Part shown: in pieces, positions 22,539 through 36,538 of the stretch | How the letters are laid out: every line of letters begins with the position of its first letter | Position numbering within the stretch: position 1 is the first letter of the stretch | Origin: Lytechinus pictus | Taxonomy: Eukaryota | Direction of reading: 5' to 3' | Assembly: GCF_037042905.1 (NCBI RefSeq) | Contig: NC_087248.1 | Location: 11,470,001-11,534,000 of the forward strand | Length of the DNA stretch: 64,000 bases | Translations under genes and position numbers: made by a program | The notes under the pieces: model-generated | What the model was told of the DNA's origin: nothing | Database searches by the model: none | Seen by the model: only the letters and a program-made list of their open reading frames with translations

Positions 22539-23087
22539 AAATTACCAGTTCCTCCATTAATACATGTACTGCCAACCCCTTACTTGTGTTGACATTGGTT
22601 TTTAATATCATGAAGGAATATTCAATGCTGAAAGATAACCTTTTAATAGGGGGAAAAATCATGTATAAAAAAATGAATAGCTTTGCAGATGAATTTTGAT
22701 AGCATTTGAAATAATGGCAAAAATAATGAAAAGGTTAAGAGGAGTCTGCTGATTAGCAAGTCTGATGATCATATTTCTCATTTTCTTTGGTGCAAGTCCT
22801 TTACCAAACCCCGGACAAAAATGTTGTCTTCGCTCAAGCATGAACGATGCTTCTTATTTTTTAAGTGGCATTTGAACGATAAGACTTCAGAGCATCTATG
22901 AACATTGAAATGTAGACATAATGTGAAACTCAATTTTCATGAACTGTATAACACTGTTCCAGTGTTTTTTTTTACGCACTGTATAAGCATGGAGCTATTA
23001 AACACAAGAGAGTATAACCTGATTCTTCGTTGGACGAACATAAAGTGAGACTCTGTCGGTACTTTGTAGCAAGGTCCAACACCTCAC

Positions 23088-26000
23088 CTAGGAGTTGAGG
23101 GATGCTAGTATTTCACTGCTTGGTATCTGAATGCAGAATAATGATAGAAGTAGGAGAGTACATTATATCAATTAAGAAGCAGATGTAGGACTAAATATTA
23201 CAATTAATAGCATATCTGAAGCAATCAAATTACTACATATTTTAGACTAATTTTAGCAGATTAATACTCATAAAATCATTTGGGTGTACTCAAACAACAT
23301 CAGCTTCTGCCAAAAGATATCAATTATGTACATCAAACTTTAAAACTAAATAAATGTTTAATGGATGTGTTTTTGGCCCAAGTCCATATCCCACTTTGAG
23401 GGCTATTTTCTTCTTTTTTTGCTTCCTTTTTGTCCTCTCTTTTTTGTGTGTGGGGGTTGTCTTTGGGTCCGAAAAGGGTCACCCATCATCGTATCTTTAA
23501 GTTTTTCCCTCACCTTGTTAATCGGAGTGTAATGAGCGTGATGGCAGTGCTCGTACACGGGGTCATTGTCCGCGCGGTTGTACGCGACGATGAGGACCCA
23601 TCGCCGATTGTCGCTGTCATTGCGCCCGCTGGCATGAAGGACGTTCGAGTGAAAGAAGATGGCATCGCCAGGATCGATCTCGACGAAAGCGTGGCCGAGC
23701 TTCTTCCTGGCCCACTCGACGCGCTCCATGTCTGCCCCGGTCTGCTCGCCGACGAACTTGTGGTCGACACGGCCCATGTGATGCGAGCCGGGAATCACCT
23801 GGTATTCATACAATGATTAACAAACAAATAAAATAAAAAAGACATCAGAAAGGTATCGAAAATGACGACGATAAGCAGATTTAGACAAGCAAAACAGAGG
23901 GATGTGTTGGGGGGGGGGGGGGGGGGCTCCTTGCCACGAAGGAAAAGGGTTCACTTGATTCCTTATCATAAATTGCCATATAGGTCGAATCTGAACATTT
24001 ATTTTTAATCTTTGAAATTTCAGAATCGCAAATTTCGTCTCAAATCACTTTTTGACGATTCTATTTCGCTATTGGCATCGCAACTAGAAGAAGCGAAGCT
24101 GCTCGCAGTCAACATCAAGCGGTGTCGTCAATATCAAATCAAGATTAAGTTTTTGAAATTTCATAAACTCATCATGAATTTGAAAGTATAAATTACATGA
24201 ATAGAACATATGACACTGTCAGATAGTTAAAATGTTATTTCACTACAATGATCTATGATAATGTGGGAGCAATCAACCCCCCCCCCTGCTAAAACAGTGA
24301 TAGTAATATGAATCCCATGTACACACAGTTTTCAAGAAAATGATAATCATAATTTTCATATCACAAAGTAACAAATGTTATTGTTATAGTCATATACATT
24401 CATTTGAATTCCAGTAAATGCTTTCAGTAAATGCATTCTAAACACTCTACAATTCAAAAAGCTGTCGCTCGATCGGTCAATCCACTCCATTATTGACTAT
24501 CAACATGCTTCACATATCCTGGGTCCCGTAACACAAAGGTTAGCGATTGATCGTATGCTTGATTTTCACAATTGATTGTACATTGTAGTCAATGCAATCA
24601 ATCGTAGAAAAATGTTTTACGATCATTGCTAAGCTTTGTGGTACGGGACCCTGGTCCCAGAAAAGTGATAAATCATGGTTATGTTATGGGTTTTTTTAAG
24701 TTAACTCCGTCGTTAGACCATGGTTACATTTAATCATTATAGTGATTATTAATTCCGCAGACTTTTACAATTATCAAAACCTGTGATTAATAGAATTAAA
24801 ACATTACATAGACAGTCCCTCGTGTAGCGGGGATGGATATATTTAATCACATTAAATGATACCCTGTTTAGGACCTTTAGGGAAGAGAGTTGGCTATCAC
24901 ACGCTTCAATATGTTAAATTAGTACCAATACGAAGGATTTTGAGATACAGCATCTTGCAAAGCGCTCGCGTTCTTGTTTTAGTAAAATACAATGTTCACG
25001 AATTCAAACGGTGCTTGAAATATTCGCTTTTTCAGGAATGAGTAAGCTAGTGATTCAGTAAACAAAATGTTTACGCTTCGCGCTCAGATTATTTGTTCAT
25101 CGACACACTTGTCCTGTTCATAAATTCAAACGCTGTCTAAAATGCCCCTCTTTCCATTCAGTAGCAAAGTCTATGTTTTTGTTTTTTTAAGTTATGCTGC
25201 TCGTGCTCGCATTTTTTGTACATAAGTTTATCAAAAGTTGTTATCGAACTACTTGCTTTAAAAAATCCCACTGAAATGAATCATGACCATGATTGGTATA
25301 ATACAAAGTAGAATGTTGAGTTTAGAATAAAGTCCGTTCCTATCCACGTAATAGAAAAGCATAAACAAGAAACGTTGTCGTCTATGTGTTATGCCTAAAC
25401 TAGTTCATGAAGAATTTATTTTTAATCGAATCAGAATTAAAAAAAAACATTGCCATACATTTTCATTAGGTTAATACCTTATGGTACCTCACAAAAAGCA
25501 TTAGGGCAATATTAGGGCAATAAGTGTGAAAGGAGGAGAACGCTGGATGGATTACAACCAAGAAGAAAAGTACCTTACCTCCAAACAACCATTTGCTTTC
25601 TCACATTTGTCGATCGCTATGAATACAGATCCCATATCGGGTGTCAAACATCCGTTCCTATACCAATACCTATTAAGAAAGAACCACAACAAAACATGGT
25701 AAAATAGTTTTTAAACAGGTGTGTACACGCATTGTTACCAAGAATTGTTATATAGCGATTTAATTTACTGATATGTATAGCTCACGGTAGGTGCCGCGAC
25801 CGGGAATCGAACCCCGATATTGGGAAATAATGGTAATAGATATTAAAGGGGTCGTTCCATCGATCTCATCGTATTGTCTTATCTGTTTATGAATAATAAA
25901 AAACGCCCTCTTGCTTGTAGCTTACATGTACATACCTTCTTGAAGACTTACATAATCTTACCATAACTATAATAACCATTTATGGTAAAGGCAGTCAATG

Positions 26001-29000
26001 CACATCCACGCTTAACTTTGAAACATTGAGTTCCTCAACGTGGTTGATATTTTTACGATTTTGAAAGATACGCATTCCATATCGTGACAATGTTCTTATC
26101 TAAGTAGACAACAAACTCGATCATATTTCATCATGTACTCTCTAAAATGTTCACTATTGACGCCGATTCCAATGTGAACTCTAAACGTTCATTATACTCT
26201 TTACATTATTTAGCCGTCTGAATATGAAAAGAAAAGGAAAATCGTATTTAGCCATAATTAGTTTTTTTTTTACTACATAACATTTGAAGAGTAGCATTAA
26301 TATGCTCTCCCCACCCGAAAGAAAGGTATTTCTATCACATACTACCCCTCGACCATACCCCCCATGACCAAACGTTCTTACCCGTAGTCTTGGTGCCAGA
26401 CGTGTTTGCCACCCGTCTTTGCCTCTTTCAGCATGAGTTTGGCATGATAGTGGTACACCTCCCCTCCAAGAAGCTGAAGAGAGGGTATTTGATGAAATTT
26501 ATTACAAAAAGAAATCATTGCAACATTCAATCTTTCCTAACACACATTGTTTATAAGAGATAGTATTCGGTTATATTGGACATCTATGTACATACACTTG
26601 GATATGTTATTCATTACAAGGATGCGAATTATATATTCATTTTCTTCCGATTGAGTTGACACATGGATATACTAAAAATCGCGATGATGATAATGATGAA
26701 GATACTGATATGAAGATGATGCTGCTGCTGATGTTGATGTTCGACGATTTAATGAGGGTGATGAATATGAGGACAATAATGATGTTGGTCGATGATGATA
26801 ATGACGATGTTGTTGATGATGATGATGAGGATAATGATGGTGATAAATATTATTATACTTGTGATGATGGAGACGATTGTGGTGATGGTGATAAATATAT
26901 TTATGATGATGATAATGATGGCGATGTTGATGATGGTGGTGGTGGGGATGATGATAATGATGACGATGCAGATGCTGCTGCTGATGATGATAAAGATGGC
27001 GATGGTATTGATGGTGAAGATGATGATGGTGGTGGCGATTACGATGGTGAAATTTATGATGGTGGTGATGGTGGTGGTGCTGATGCTAATGATTATGACA
27101 GCGATAAGGGAAGGGTATATAAGGAGGAGAGGAAAACGATGACGATATACATAATTCAGGTGGTGGTGGTGATGGTGATTATGACAACTAAGACAATAAT
27201 CGTGATGACAGTGCTGGTGATGATAATTCACAGCATTCGCGCCATCATATGGCACACGACATGAAAGAAAACAAACCGTACCGCTTCCATCGTACCCGCA
27301 ATCTTCTCCGATCTGCTAATGAGACCAGTGATGTCATCTTTTGGTTCATTCCATAGCGTCATCATCCCTTTCCGACCCTCATCATCAGTCCGCCCATAGG
27401 CTTTGTCCAATCGTTCCTGGTCATTCTCCAGGAAGCTGTTCGTCATACGGACTTCTTCCGAACTCAGGGCATGCCTTAGGTAACAAATCATAAAAGTCTA
27501 CAGCCGCATTCCCTCGAGAGCGGAGAATGTGCACGAATTAAATGTGCAAAATACTGTATAATGACCCGGGGACCTGGTTTCATAAAGAATTACAACTATT
27601 GTAACTTTGCCATTATGACAACTATCATTGAAACCTTGATTGTGATTGGCTGCTTAGCCCCATCGTAATGGTAAAGTTACCTCTTTATGAAAATGGGCCT
27701 TGATAATCAATGATTAGAAAAAATTAGATTTAGATATTCATTGCACTGCTGCTTCATTCGATTTGAATGCTAGTCGACGCATGGAGTAGAAAGTTATGAC
27801 TTTTAAAAGTTTTTATTAATTTCACAAAGCAATTATTCCAAAAAAAAATTATTTTATTTCCAATAGAAAATATAATACAAACTCATAACATACGTGGATA
27901 ATTACATTGAAAATAAATGATAATCAACACAATATGCACAACCTGTGGAACGTTTTTTTATGAAAGGACTTGTCGGACGTTTTATCAGACATGTCCTGTT
28001 TTATCCGACAGTTGCCATAGTAACAGTGCTTCTCAACCAATAAAAATCAAGGAAAGTTGTTAGATCTGACAACTTGTCGGACAAGAATGTTGATGAAACT
28101 CTCCCCTTGTCGATATGCTAATGGGGAACCGATGACGTCACCTACTCACTATTTCATTTGTATTTTATCATAATTATGAAAATGTGAAATATTTTAGTTT
28201 TTAGTCATTAATTATAATGTGAAAAAACGTGATTCCTTCCCGAATATATGGCATTTTCGTTGTGGTAAACCAGTTTGATTTGATGAAGAGTCTTCTTATA
28301 ATCAAATCTACAAAATAAAAAAAAATGTTTTAGTCATAAATTATGATAAAATACAAAAGAACTATTCAGTGAGAGACATCATCAACTTTCTCATTATGTA
28401 CATCACAGTGATGTGTATATAATTGTTTTGTGAAAAACAAGCAAACTTTAAAGATGTCAGAACTATCCTTTTTTTTTACATCCGATTTCGATAAAAAATT
28501 TGCGCGTCATGCTTGTTTATTTTTTCTCTTTTTATTCAAATCAACTTTTCAATGGGGTGGGCCTGATCTTGGATTTAATAGCCTAAAACAATAGAAATGT
28601 CATATCATATTAATTACTTTCAGACGAGATCGCTATTGTCTGAAGAAATGTCAGAATTCTGCTAAAGAAATCAAACACAATCAAAATAACCAGTGTGTGA
28701 ATTGGTTCCTGATCTTTGAAAGAGTAAAAGTCAAGTATATTTAGACAATAGTGAAGAGAACACAAAAACCTCAATCTGCACAAGTCAGCAAAATACATGT
28801 ATTGTAAGCAAAAAAAAAATATATATATATACCTTAATATGATAAACCCATAGCGATCGAAGGTCGACTTGACGTCAGAAGTTACTATGAATTTGTCGCT
28901 GTAGTCGTAAGTGACATCTGTGTTATTAAGGAAGAAAAGAAAACAAACAAGTACATGTGATTCAAATTCGATTGCACAGACAAAATAGATAAAGGAAGTA

Positions 29001-29907
29001 AATCAATAAATTTCATATTGTATTTCCCGTATCGTTTACTATGCAAAGTGCTAAACTTGCATTCCTGGTTGCAGGTAATAAAACAATTTACCTAAATAAC
29101 TTATCGCCACGATAATGCCCGAATGGGTTTTGAACCCCCAGGATCTTGCTAGAAGTCCAACATGATGCCCAATCATTAAATACTATCTAACATAGATATA
29201 AGTGGATCAAGGGACTCAAAGTGACCCTCTCCCGCCCCATTATTGCCGGTGCAAAAAAAGGGAACAAAAGGGGAAAGAAGGAGAGAGGTGGAAAATAGAA
29301 AGATGAATACAAAAATAAGAGGAGAAAGAAACGTGAATGAAAATAGGAAGGAAATGATTGGAAAATATAAACACTTTTATACAGTCACCATTTACCCCCC
29401 CCCCCCAAAAAAAAAGGTTTCTTTTCAGGTCTTAACATAAATTAAAACTTTCCTTTATTGATAAACAAATCTTAGCTCACGCTTAGTGCTCACATGACGG
29501 ATTCAAGAACAATAAATGCTCATGTTAATTAATGAACAACCACGAAGTCTTTGTCGAAAATTGGTGAAACAGCAGTTTCGGCCAGGACTCTGGACGAATG
29601 ACATAATTTGTAATTTTTCTGTCAGCTCCGAAATTTAGGACGTCATTGTTCTGGTTCATCGATTTTCGACAAAAGCTGTTTGTATATTATTTACTATATT
29701 TATATTTTTACAAACGAACACATCTTCGTGATTTCCTACATAATTATGTCGGGGCAGTATATCTATACAACAAAATATTAATTAAAGTAGCTGCATATCG
29801 GCGAAAAAGTTGGATACACCACTGATCACCACATGAGCTCAGGACAATGCGAGAATATAGGACAATAAAAAAGTAATTATAAGTATATACCTACCAGACA
29901 GGTCCAT
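23088..29907 (-). CDS. PhyH-family Fe(II)/2-oxoglutarate dioxygenase (phytanoyl-CoA/ectoine/proline hydroxylase-like), 7 exons, ~265 aa
   Basis: Exons 29907-29895, 28917-28833, 27474-27282, 26473-26382, 25669-25579, 23798-23514, 23126-23088 with consistent phases. [18 protein letters not shown] (HxD), [29 protein letters not shown] (distal His). First and last exons are less certain. TATAA-like at ~29984-29988 (-). Confidence 0.9.
24522..24650. mobile_element. Solo Harbinger-like MITE, 3 bp TSD CTG
   Basis: CTG|GGTCCCGTAACACAAAG ... CTTTGTGGTACGGGACC|CTG. Confidence 0.75.
26680..27230. repeat. Degenerate (GAT/GGT)n microsatellite, intronic
   Basis: Trinucleotide-rich tract that explains the spurious Asp/Met/Ile-rich ORFs. 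Confidence 0.9.
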
Positions 29908-30156
29908 TCGAACCTCAGAATATATCGCTGCCAAGAATAAAGAATGTCCGCACTCGATGGCAGCTCAGGAACTTCTGACTCCCTTATACCTGGGTGATTG
30001 GTTTGAGGAAATTGCAAAAAAACAAAATCAAATTGTCATCTGGTCCATATTGATCCTAGTGTTCATAAACAGGGAACAATTCTAAGACCGAGCCAGGTAG
30101 CACTCGAGAACGCAAATCCAGGTTTCCAAATGGACTTTTGTGTATCACATCATTAA

Positions 30157-30759
30157 AGGTCAAGTCCACCCCAGAATATTGTTGATTCGAATCGATAGAG
30201 AATAATCAAACAAACATAACGCTGCAAATTTCATCGAAATCGGATGTAAAATAAGAAAGTTATGACATTTTTAAGTTTTGCTTATTTTTCACAAAACAGT
30301 TAAATCCACAACTCAGCGATATGCAAATGAGAGAGTCGATGATGTCCATCACTCACTATTTCTTTTGTTTTTTATTGTTTGAATAATACAATATTTCAAT
30401 TTTTACAAATTCGACAATAAGTACCAACTTAACTTAACCATAGACTGTTAAAATAATGGTAATTCCACATGTTTAGGGAGAAATAAAACTTTGTTTCACT
30501 TGACAAGGAGGAAAAAATTAAAATATTTCATATTTCATATAATAAAATACAAAAGAAATAGTGAGTGGGTGACGTCATCAGTCTGCCAATTTGCATACCG
30601 ACCAGGATGTGCATATAATTGTTTTGTGAAATTAAGCGAAACTTTAAAATGTCATAACTTTCTTATTTTACATCCGATTTTGATGAAATTTTCAGTGTTT
30701 TGCTTGTTGGATTTTTCTCCTTTTTTCAAATCAACCTTTTGTTGGGGTGGACTTGTCCT
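30157..30759. mobile_element. Kolobok-like MITE, TTAA TSD
   Basis: TTAA|AGGTCAAGTCCACCCC ... GGGGTGGACTTGTCCT|TTAA with long imperfect TIRs. Confidence 0.8.
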
Positions 30760-33700
30760 TTAAGGTTACTGAAATTGACATTTCCAGATAATGCTCCGTG
30801 GGCATGGGAAGCAGGCGATTATAGCCTCGTGTCCCAGGTATCAGAGTTCAAATATTTTGATTGTGTTTGGATGTTTGTTGGTAGCTTGACTCGTAGTTTG
30901 CAAACACAGACCCTATGATTGGATCATCATGTATAGGCCTATAAACGAGTGCACGTGTCTTGAGGGAAGTCTAGATGATCTACCTTTTTTTTTATGTCAG
31001 TTCCCTTTTAACATCACTTATTTTGTGCAAAACAAGATAAGTCTCTGTGTACTGGTTCCCCTTTTCCTTTCGAGGCCGCCATTAATTAATTCACGCTCTA
31101 AGCTTAAGATGGCGGTCTCCCACATTTCAAATGACGATAATATGATTACAAATATAGCCAATATGTTTTTTTTTATGTCAGTCATTATTCTTGTTAATTT
31201 TGTTAATAATTATGCTATTTGTATTAATCATTACGCTTTTTTCTTATGGATATGTAATTTTAAACAAATGTATGATAGGCATACTTTTGCCATTTGATTG
31301 TGGCAATAAAATCAAATCAAATCAAATCAAATTCATTGTGATTCATCACAGTATTAAGATTGATTTGACAAACTGGCTGTTTGTGACTCTAAAATAGGCC
31401 TAACAGATAAATACACTCGCACCCTCACACACACTCGTACACCCTTATACAATCTAAAAAAATGAAGTGCTAATTTAGCTCTTAAGGAGCGTGTGTAGTG
31501 ACTGCACTTCGGAGTGCTGATTTTTCTCGTTCAAATTTCAACTAATAAAATCAGCGCTTCGAAGTACGCAGACGCTACGGTTAAGTTTCCTCAAAATTAA
31601 AATCCTGGCTAATGACAATTATGTGTGGCACATTAAATAAAATAGAAAGGATATACAAAGTTAGGAATAAATCTGCAGAGATATAAGCGAACAGAATATA
31701 TTTCATGCTTAAAACCCTAAACTTGCCAGACAAGCACCCCCATTGGCGGCGGTAACATAAAAATTTAAGGGGGAAGGAAAAAAATATTTTCACCTATACA
31801 TTTTCCCAGTCGGCTGCTAAAAGCTGATTTTGTTTATATTTTTGTTTACGGGGTAGTCCACACTAAAGTCTGAAGTTTTAACTACATCTTAGTTTTCCTT
31901 ACAAACAAGATGAGATAACATAAGGCAGGCGCATTACATAATTTTGCATCCCGTGGGCCCTACCGGTTTTTGGCGCCCTTGTGTACGCCCCCATTAACAT
32001 GAATGATGAACAGGATTGGTATCTAAACAAACATTTTAGGCGAGCACGAAGCGCGAGCTGAATTTTTAAATATATTTTTACCTGAAATCTTGACATTCTA
32101 AGCACTTTTGGTCATCAAGCGAATGGGTATCTTTCTATTAAACAATTGATGCGAGCGTGAAGCGCGAGCAAAAAATATATATTCTTACCCAAAAGCTCGG
32201 ATTCTAAGCACTTTTTGAAACGATGAATAGGATGGTCATTTAACTAAACAATCAATGCGATCGAGGAGCGAGATGAAAATAAGTGATATAATGACTTGAA
32301 TCGGTAACACTTGAATTACTGCATCATTGCATTATGAAGGGGTAATGAATCCCGTTCATCCTGGCTGGGAAGCATGGGTGTAGAGTCACCGCCAAGATGT
32401 TTATTGGAATAGGGTTCTAATTACAATGGAGAGATTTGACCTAAATCTCCTTTATTTTGGTGCGAAAAAAAACCCTTTTTTGGGGTTGTCAAGTTTTTCT
32501 GAACAATATCCCGTTGGATCGAGTAAGTTTGTGTATTTTCCATTTTTGACTGTTCTGTCTTCGTTTCTTTCTTTTTTTCTTTCTTTCTTCCTTCATTTCT
32601 TCATTCCTTCCTTCTTTTCGTCTTTTTTTCTCTCTCTTTATTTTTTAGGGGGGGGGGGCTGTTCCCTCCTCCTGAAATTTAGGGGGGACGTGTCTCGGCC
32701 CCTGCCCCCCCCCCCCCCGCCCCGCGACCAGTGAATCGCACACTTTGACCCGCTCTCTTACAATCGTCTCGTCAAACTGAAATCTTGACTATGACGCAAA
32801 TAATAAAAAGTCATCCCAGTAATATTTGCTTTACTAACTCCTCTTCAAAGAAAGTAACTGTATCAGTCATTCCTGGCAAATATTTGATTTCATTGTGATT
32901 TCATTCCATTCGTCAAATATTGACGGATATGGCTTATGATGAGAAGATGTGTTAAATCATGGTTAAATTCAGTGAGAGGCGACATGAGAGTGCCTCTTGA
33001 AATGAGAGGCGTCATCTCGGAAGTTGTTTATCTGGGCCCTGGCGTGGTTCAAATAATGGATGGCTTTGGGGGATCGACCCCCTCCCCCGAAAAAAAGAGA
33101 ATAATATGATATGAAATGAAATGATAGATAAACATATTAAGCCGCCACAAAAAAATAAAATATAATATGCAAGCATGTACACGTATATTAAATTAGATAA
33201 TACGAGTACTGTGCTTTAAAATTGAATTGCCTTCCAAAATTGAAAAAAAATTCACTCGGTCGCTACAAAGCTCCATTTCAAAATCATTTTTAAATCTAGA
33301 ATTAATTAATACGCCGTTACTGATAATAATTAGCCAATGTTTTAGTTTTTTTTTTGTCTGCAATACAATAGACTGCCGTGCACACATGATACAATTGAGG
33401 GCCAGCAATATATTTAGGGAGCAAGAAACAACTTACCTCCGAAAATCAAAATACCAGTGAACAGTTTCAAGCCAGAATTACTTTACATATAGATGTAAAA
33501 TATATATGAGTTCCTAATAAAGTTCTCCTAATTCTCAGTTTTACTTTGTCAATTTTTCTCCTCGGTCTCATCCCTCTTACTTCGATGTTTTTTTTCTGTA
33601 TTCTCTCGTTTTAGGTTATTGTCCTTGTACTGCTAAACAGTATACAATTTGTAAAGTCACTCCTTAGTTTATCTTAATGAGACGACCCCCCAAAAAAATA

Positions 33701-34113
33701 TATAAAAAAATTTAAAAAAAGCAAAAGAGGGAGAAGAAAAAGAGTGGAACGGTTATCATTATGAGATTGAATTGAGAACGAGTATGAAATTGAATTTTAA
33801 GATATAGCTGAATTTGTTTAATTGTTTTGGGAATCTTGCTTGGATCTGAGTAAATTCTTTGAGCAAGCTCCTAGAAGGCATACCAAGAGAAAAAGAGCTC
33901 ATCTTTCCACCGAATCTTTACTCAACCTTGATCTAAATGTTCTCTGAAGTGAAATCGAGTAAATAATTCACTCTGCAGATGGTGTGAATAAAATTTCAAT
34001 CCATCAGTCCCTCCGTTCTGTTCCATTGACTGTTTATAGCCAAAACAAAATTGCAGCTCACTTCAGTTTCTGTTTATGTAATATCATTGAATTGTTTTGT
34101 TATTGTCAATGTG

Positions 34114-34956
34114 CAGAGGCGTCGATCCTGGGGGGGGGGGGGGGGCGATCGCCCCACCAATTAAAATATTGGGGGGGGGCAAACATCATTTGCCCCCCCC
34201 CCAATAATTCCGGATATGCATTAAAAAAAACAAGATTGTAATGTTCAGCAAGCGAGATTGAGATACACAACTCGTTCTTTATTTAAAATCGTGCTCAAAA
34301 TGTCCGCTTTTTAGATTGGAATATAACAATTTTCAGCTCGCGCTTCGCGCTCGCATCATTTCTGTAGCAAAAACCCATAATTTTCATGATTAAATTGGTG
34401 AATGTAAATGTCCCGTTTTCAGTTCTAAGCCTCAAAAGAACTGCTTCAATTTGCAATCATCTTTTCTTGGATATATAGCTTGTTCTTTATCAAAAACGTC
34501 CAGTAAACTCATTTTTTCAGATCGAAATATCAAAATTTTCAGCTCGCGCTTCGCGCTCGCATCTATTCTTCTTTTAGATACAAATCTTAATCATTGGTAC
34601 CAAAAATGCTTAGAATATCAAGTTTTCAGCTCAGAATATAAAAAATTTGAGCTCACTCTCGGCACTCGTACTATCTGTGTAGTGAGATACNNNNNNNNNN
34701 NNNNNNNNNNNNNNNNNNNNNNNNNNNNNNNNNNNNNNNNNNNNNNNNNNNNNNNNNNNNNNNNNNNNNNNNNNNNNNNNNNNNNNNNNNNNNNNNNNNN
34801 NNNNNNNNNNNNNNNNNNNNNNNNNNNNNNNNNNNNNNNNNNNNNNNNNNNNNNNNNNNNNNNNNNNNNNNNNNNNNNNNNNNNNNNNNNNNNNNNGCGC
34901 CTTTGGAACGTTAATGATTTTGCCCCCCCAATCTGAAAACTGGATCGACGCCCCTG
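34114..34956. mobile_element. hAT-like non-autonomous element, 8 bp TSD (spans an N gap)
   Basis: TCAATGTG|CAGAGGCGTCGATCC ... GGATCGACGCCCCTG|TCAATGTG; internal CTCGCGCTTCGCGCTCGC motifs. Confidence 0.85.
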
Positions 34957-35386
34957 TCAATGTGTATTGTGTACTGTTATTCAATTGTATTTTTTATGAA
35001 CTTTATTTTGTTGAACGGAAATGAATAAGATCTATTAATGAAATTTCACTAAATTGAAATGAGACTTTCGCTCGTTATTTAGTGAAATTCATTCTTCTAC
35101 AGTGTGCATTTGTTCACTCCAAATCCTCTCTCACTGATGTCACTACATAATACATATGTTAGTGAAAATCGAGTGAATTACTCGTTAGTTGTCTTTATTA
35201 AATCAATAAACAATAATTAACGTATTGGTCAAGCTTCAATAGAATTCGGTTTTCATTATAAGGTAGTATATGGGTACCACTCGCTCGCTGTCTCAATGTT
35301 GTGGCCCTATATACTCCCGGTATATACTTTACAGATGATGGGGGCTGAAAGCGAATCGGAATTAGTTTTCAAGGAAGAGGTCTAGC

Positions 35387-35676
35387 CAGTAGCGTACCTA
35401 GGATTTTCCACAGGGGGGCAAAACCGTCCGCCAAAAAATTTGACAAGCAAAAAAAAAAAAAAAAAAGGTCCTCAACCACATGTATAGGATTTCGAACCAG
35501 AAAAAAAATTGACAAGCAAAAAAAAAAAAAAAAAAAAAAAGGTTTTCAAGCTCGTCAGGGGGGGGGGGAGCAAAAAAGGTCTTCAGGGGGGGGGGGAGGC
35601 AGGGATACGTCCTTTGCATGGGTTGTGCCTCGTCAGGGGGGGGGCAGACTGCCCCCCCCGTAGGTATACGCTAGTG
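35387..35676. mobile_element. hAT-like MITE, 8 bp TSD
   Basis: GGTCTAGC|CAGTAGCGTACCTA ... TAGGTATACGCTAGTG|GGTCTAGC. Confidence 0.8.
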
Positions 35677-36538
35677 GGTCTAGCTCTTATTCATTTTTTT
35701 AATACAATTCCTGTATATCAGTCATGAACCTTTAGTTCTTATATCGCGGCAAATCAATTTAATTATTCCATTATCTGGGGCGGAGTTTCCCTATAACCCC
35801 ACTTCCAAAGTTTTTACATGTATATCTCCACGAGTTCTATACAATTTTTCTCATTAAAAAAAATACCCCACCCTTCCCTTTCTCTATGGCTTTTTTGGTA
35901 GATTTATGATTAATCGTTTAAATATGGGGTAAACCAGTGGGGTAAACTCGTGACTGATACGGAATGGATAATAAATAATACGGTAGGAGAATAATAGGGG
36001 GAAATTTGCTATGGATTCAGGCTTCAGTGAACACATACACACACGCACTCACCCTCGAGTATACTTGCAATTGCATGTATATACGGATACACACGCAAAA
36101 ATGGGAGCATTAAAAAGGCTATGAAAAGGTGTTTCGTCATTCGTCATCATGAAAGCATCTATACGCAGACAATAGGGTAAAGCCGTTGAATACATTCAAG
36201 CGAAGACCAATATTCTCTCTTCTTTCAACTTGCATGTACAGAATAATACACTCGTCTGTACTGTAGATCGTCTGATGTGACTCTTCGCGGTACTCTATTT
36301 TTAATTTATATCCTAGTTTACATTTGAGGACTTTCGATTCATTTCTGCTTGCTGCACGCAGTGGATCAGAAATATACCCCAATCCCTCTGTTCTCGAATT
36401 GGAGTAATCTGAAGCTGAAGCGAGAGCAAGAGGACACTTATATTTTGGGAATATATTGAGGTCACGTCAATGGGGATATTCGGGTGACCTCAACCTCGAC
36501 GAGAATACCAACATCACCATCATCATCACTGTATCAAG

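Noticed and set aside
26656-27264. Asp-rich 202 aa ORF suggestive of an acidic biomineralisation protein
   Set aside because: Lies in a (GAT)n microsatellite within a dioxygenase intron, is open in several frames and has no signal peptide.
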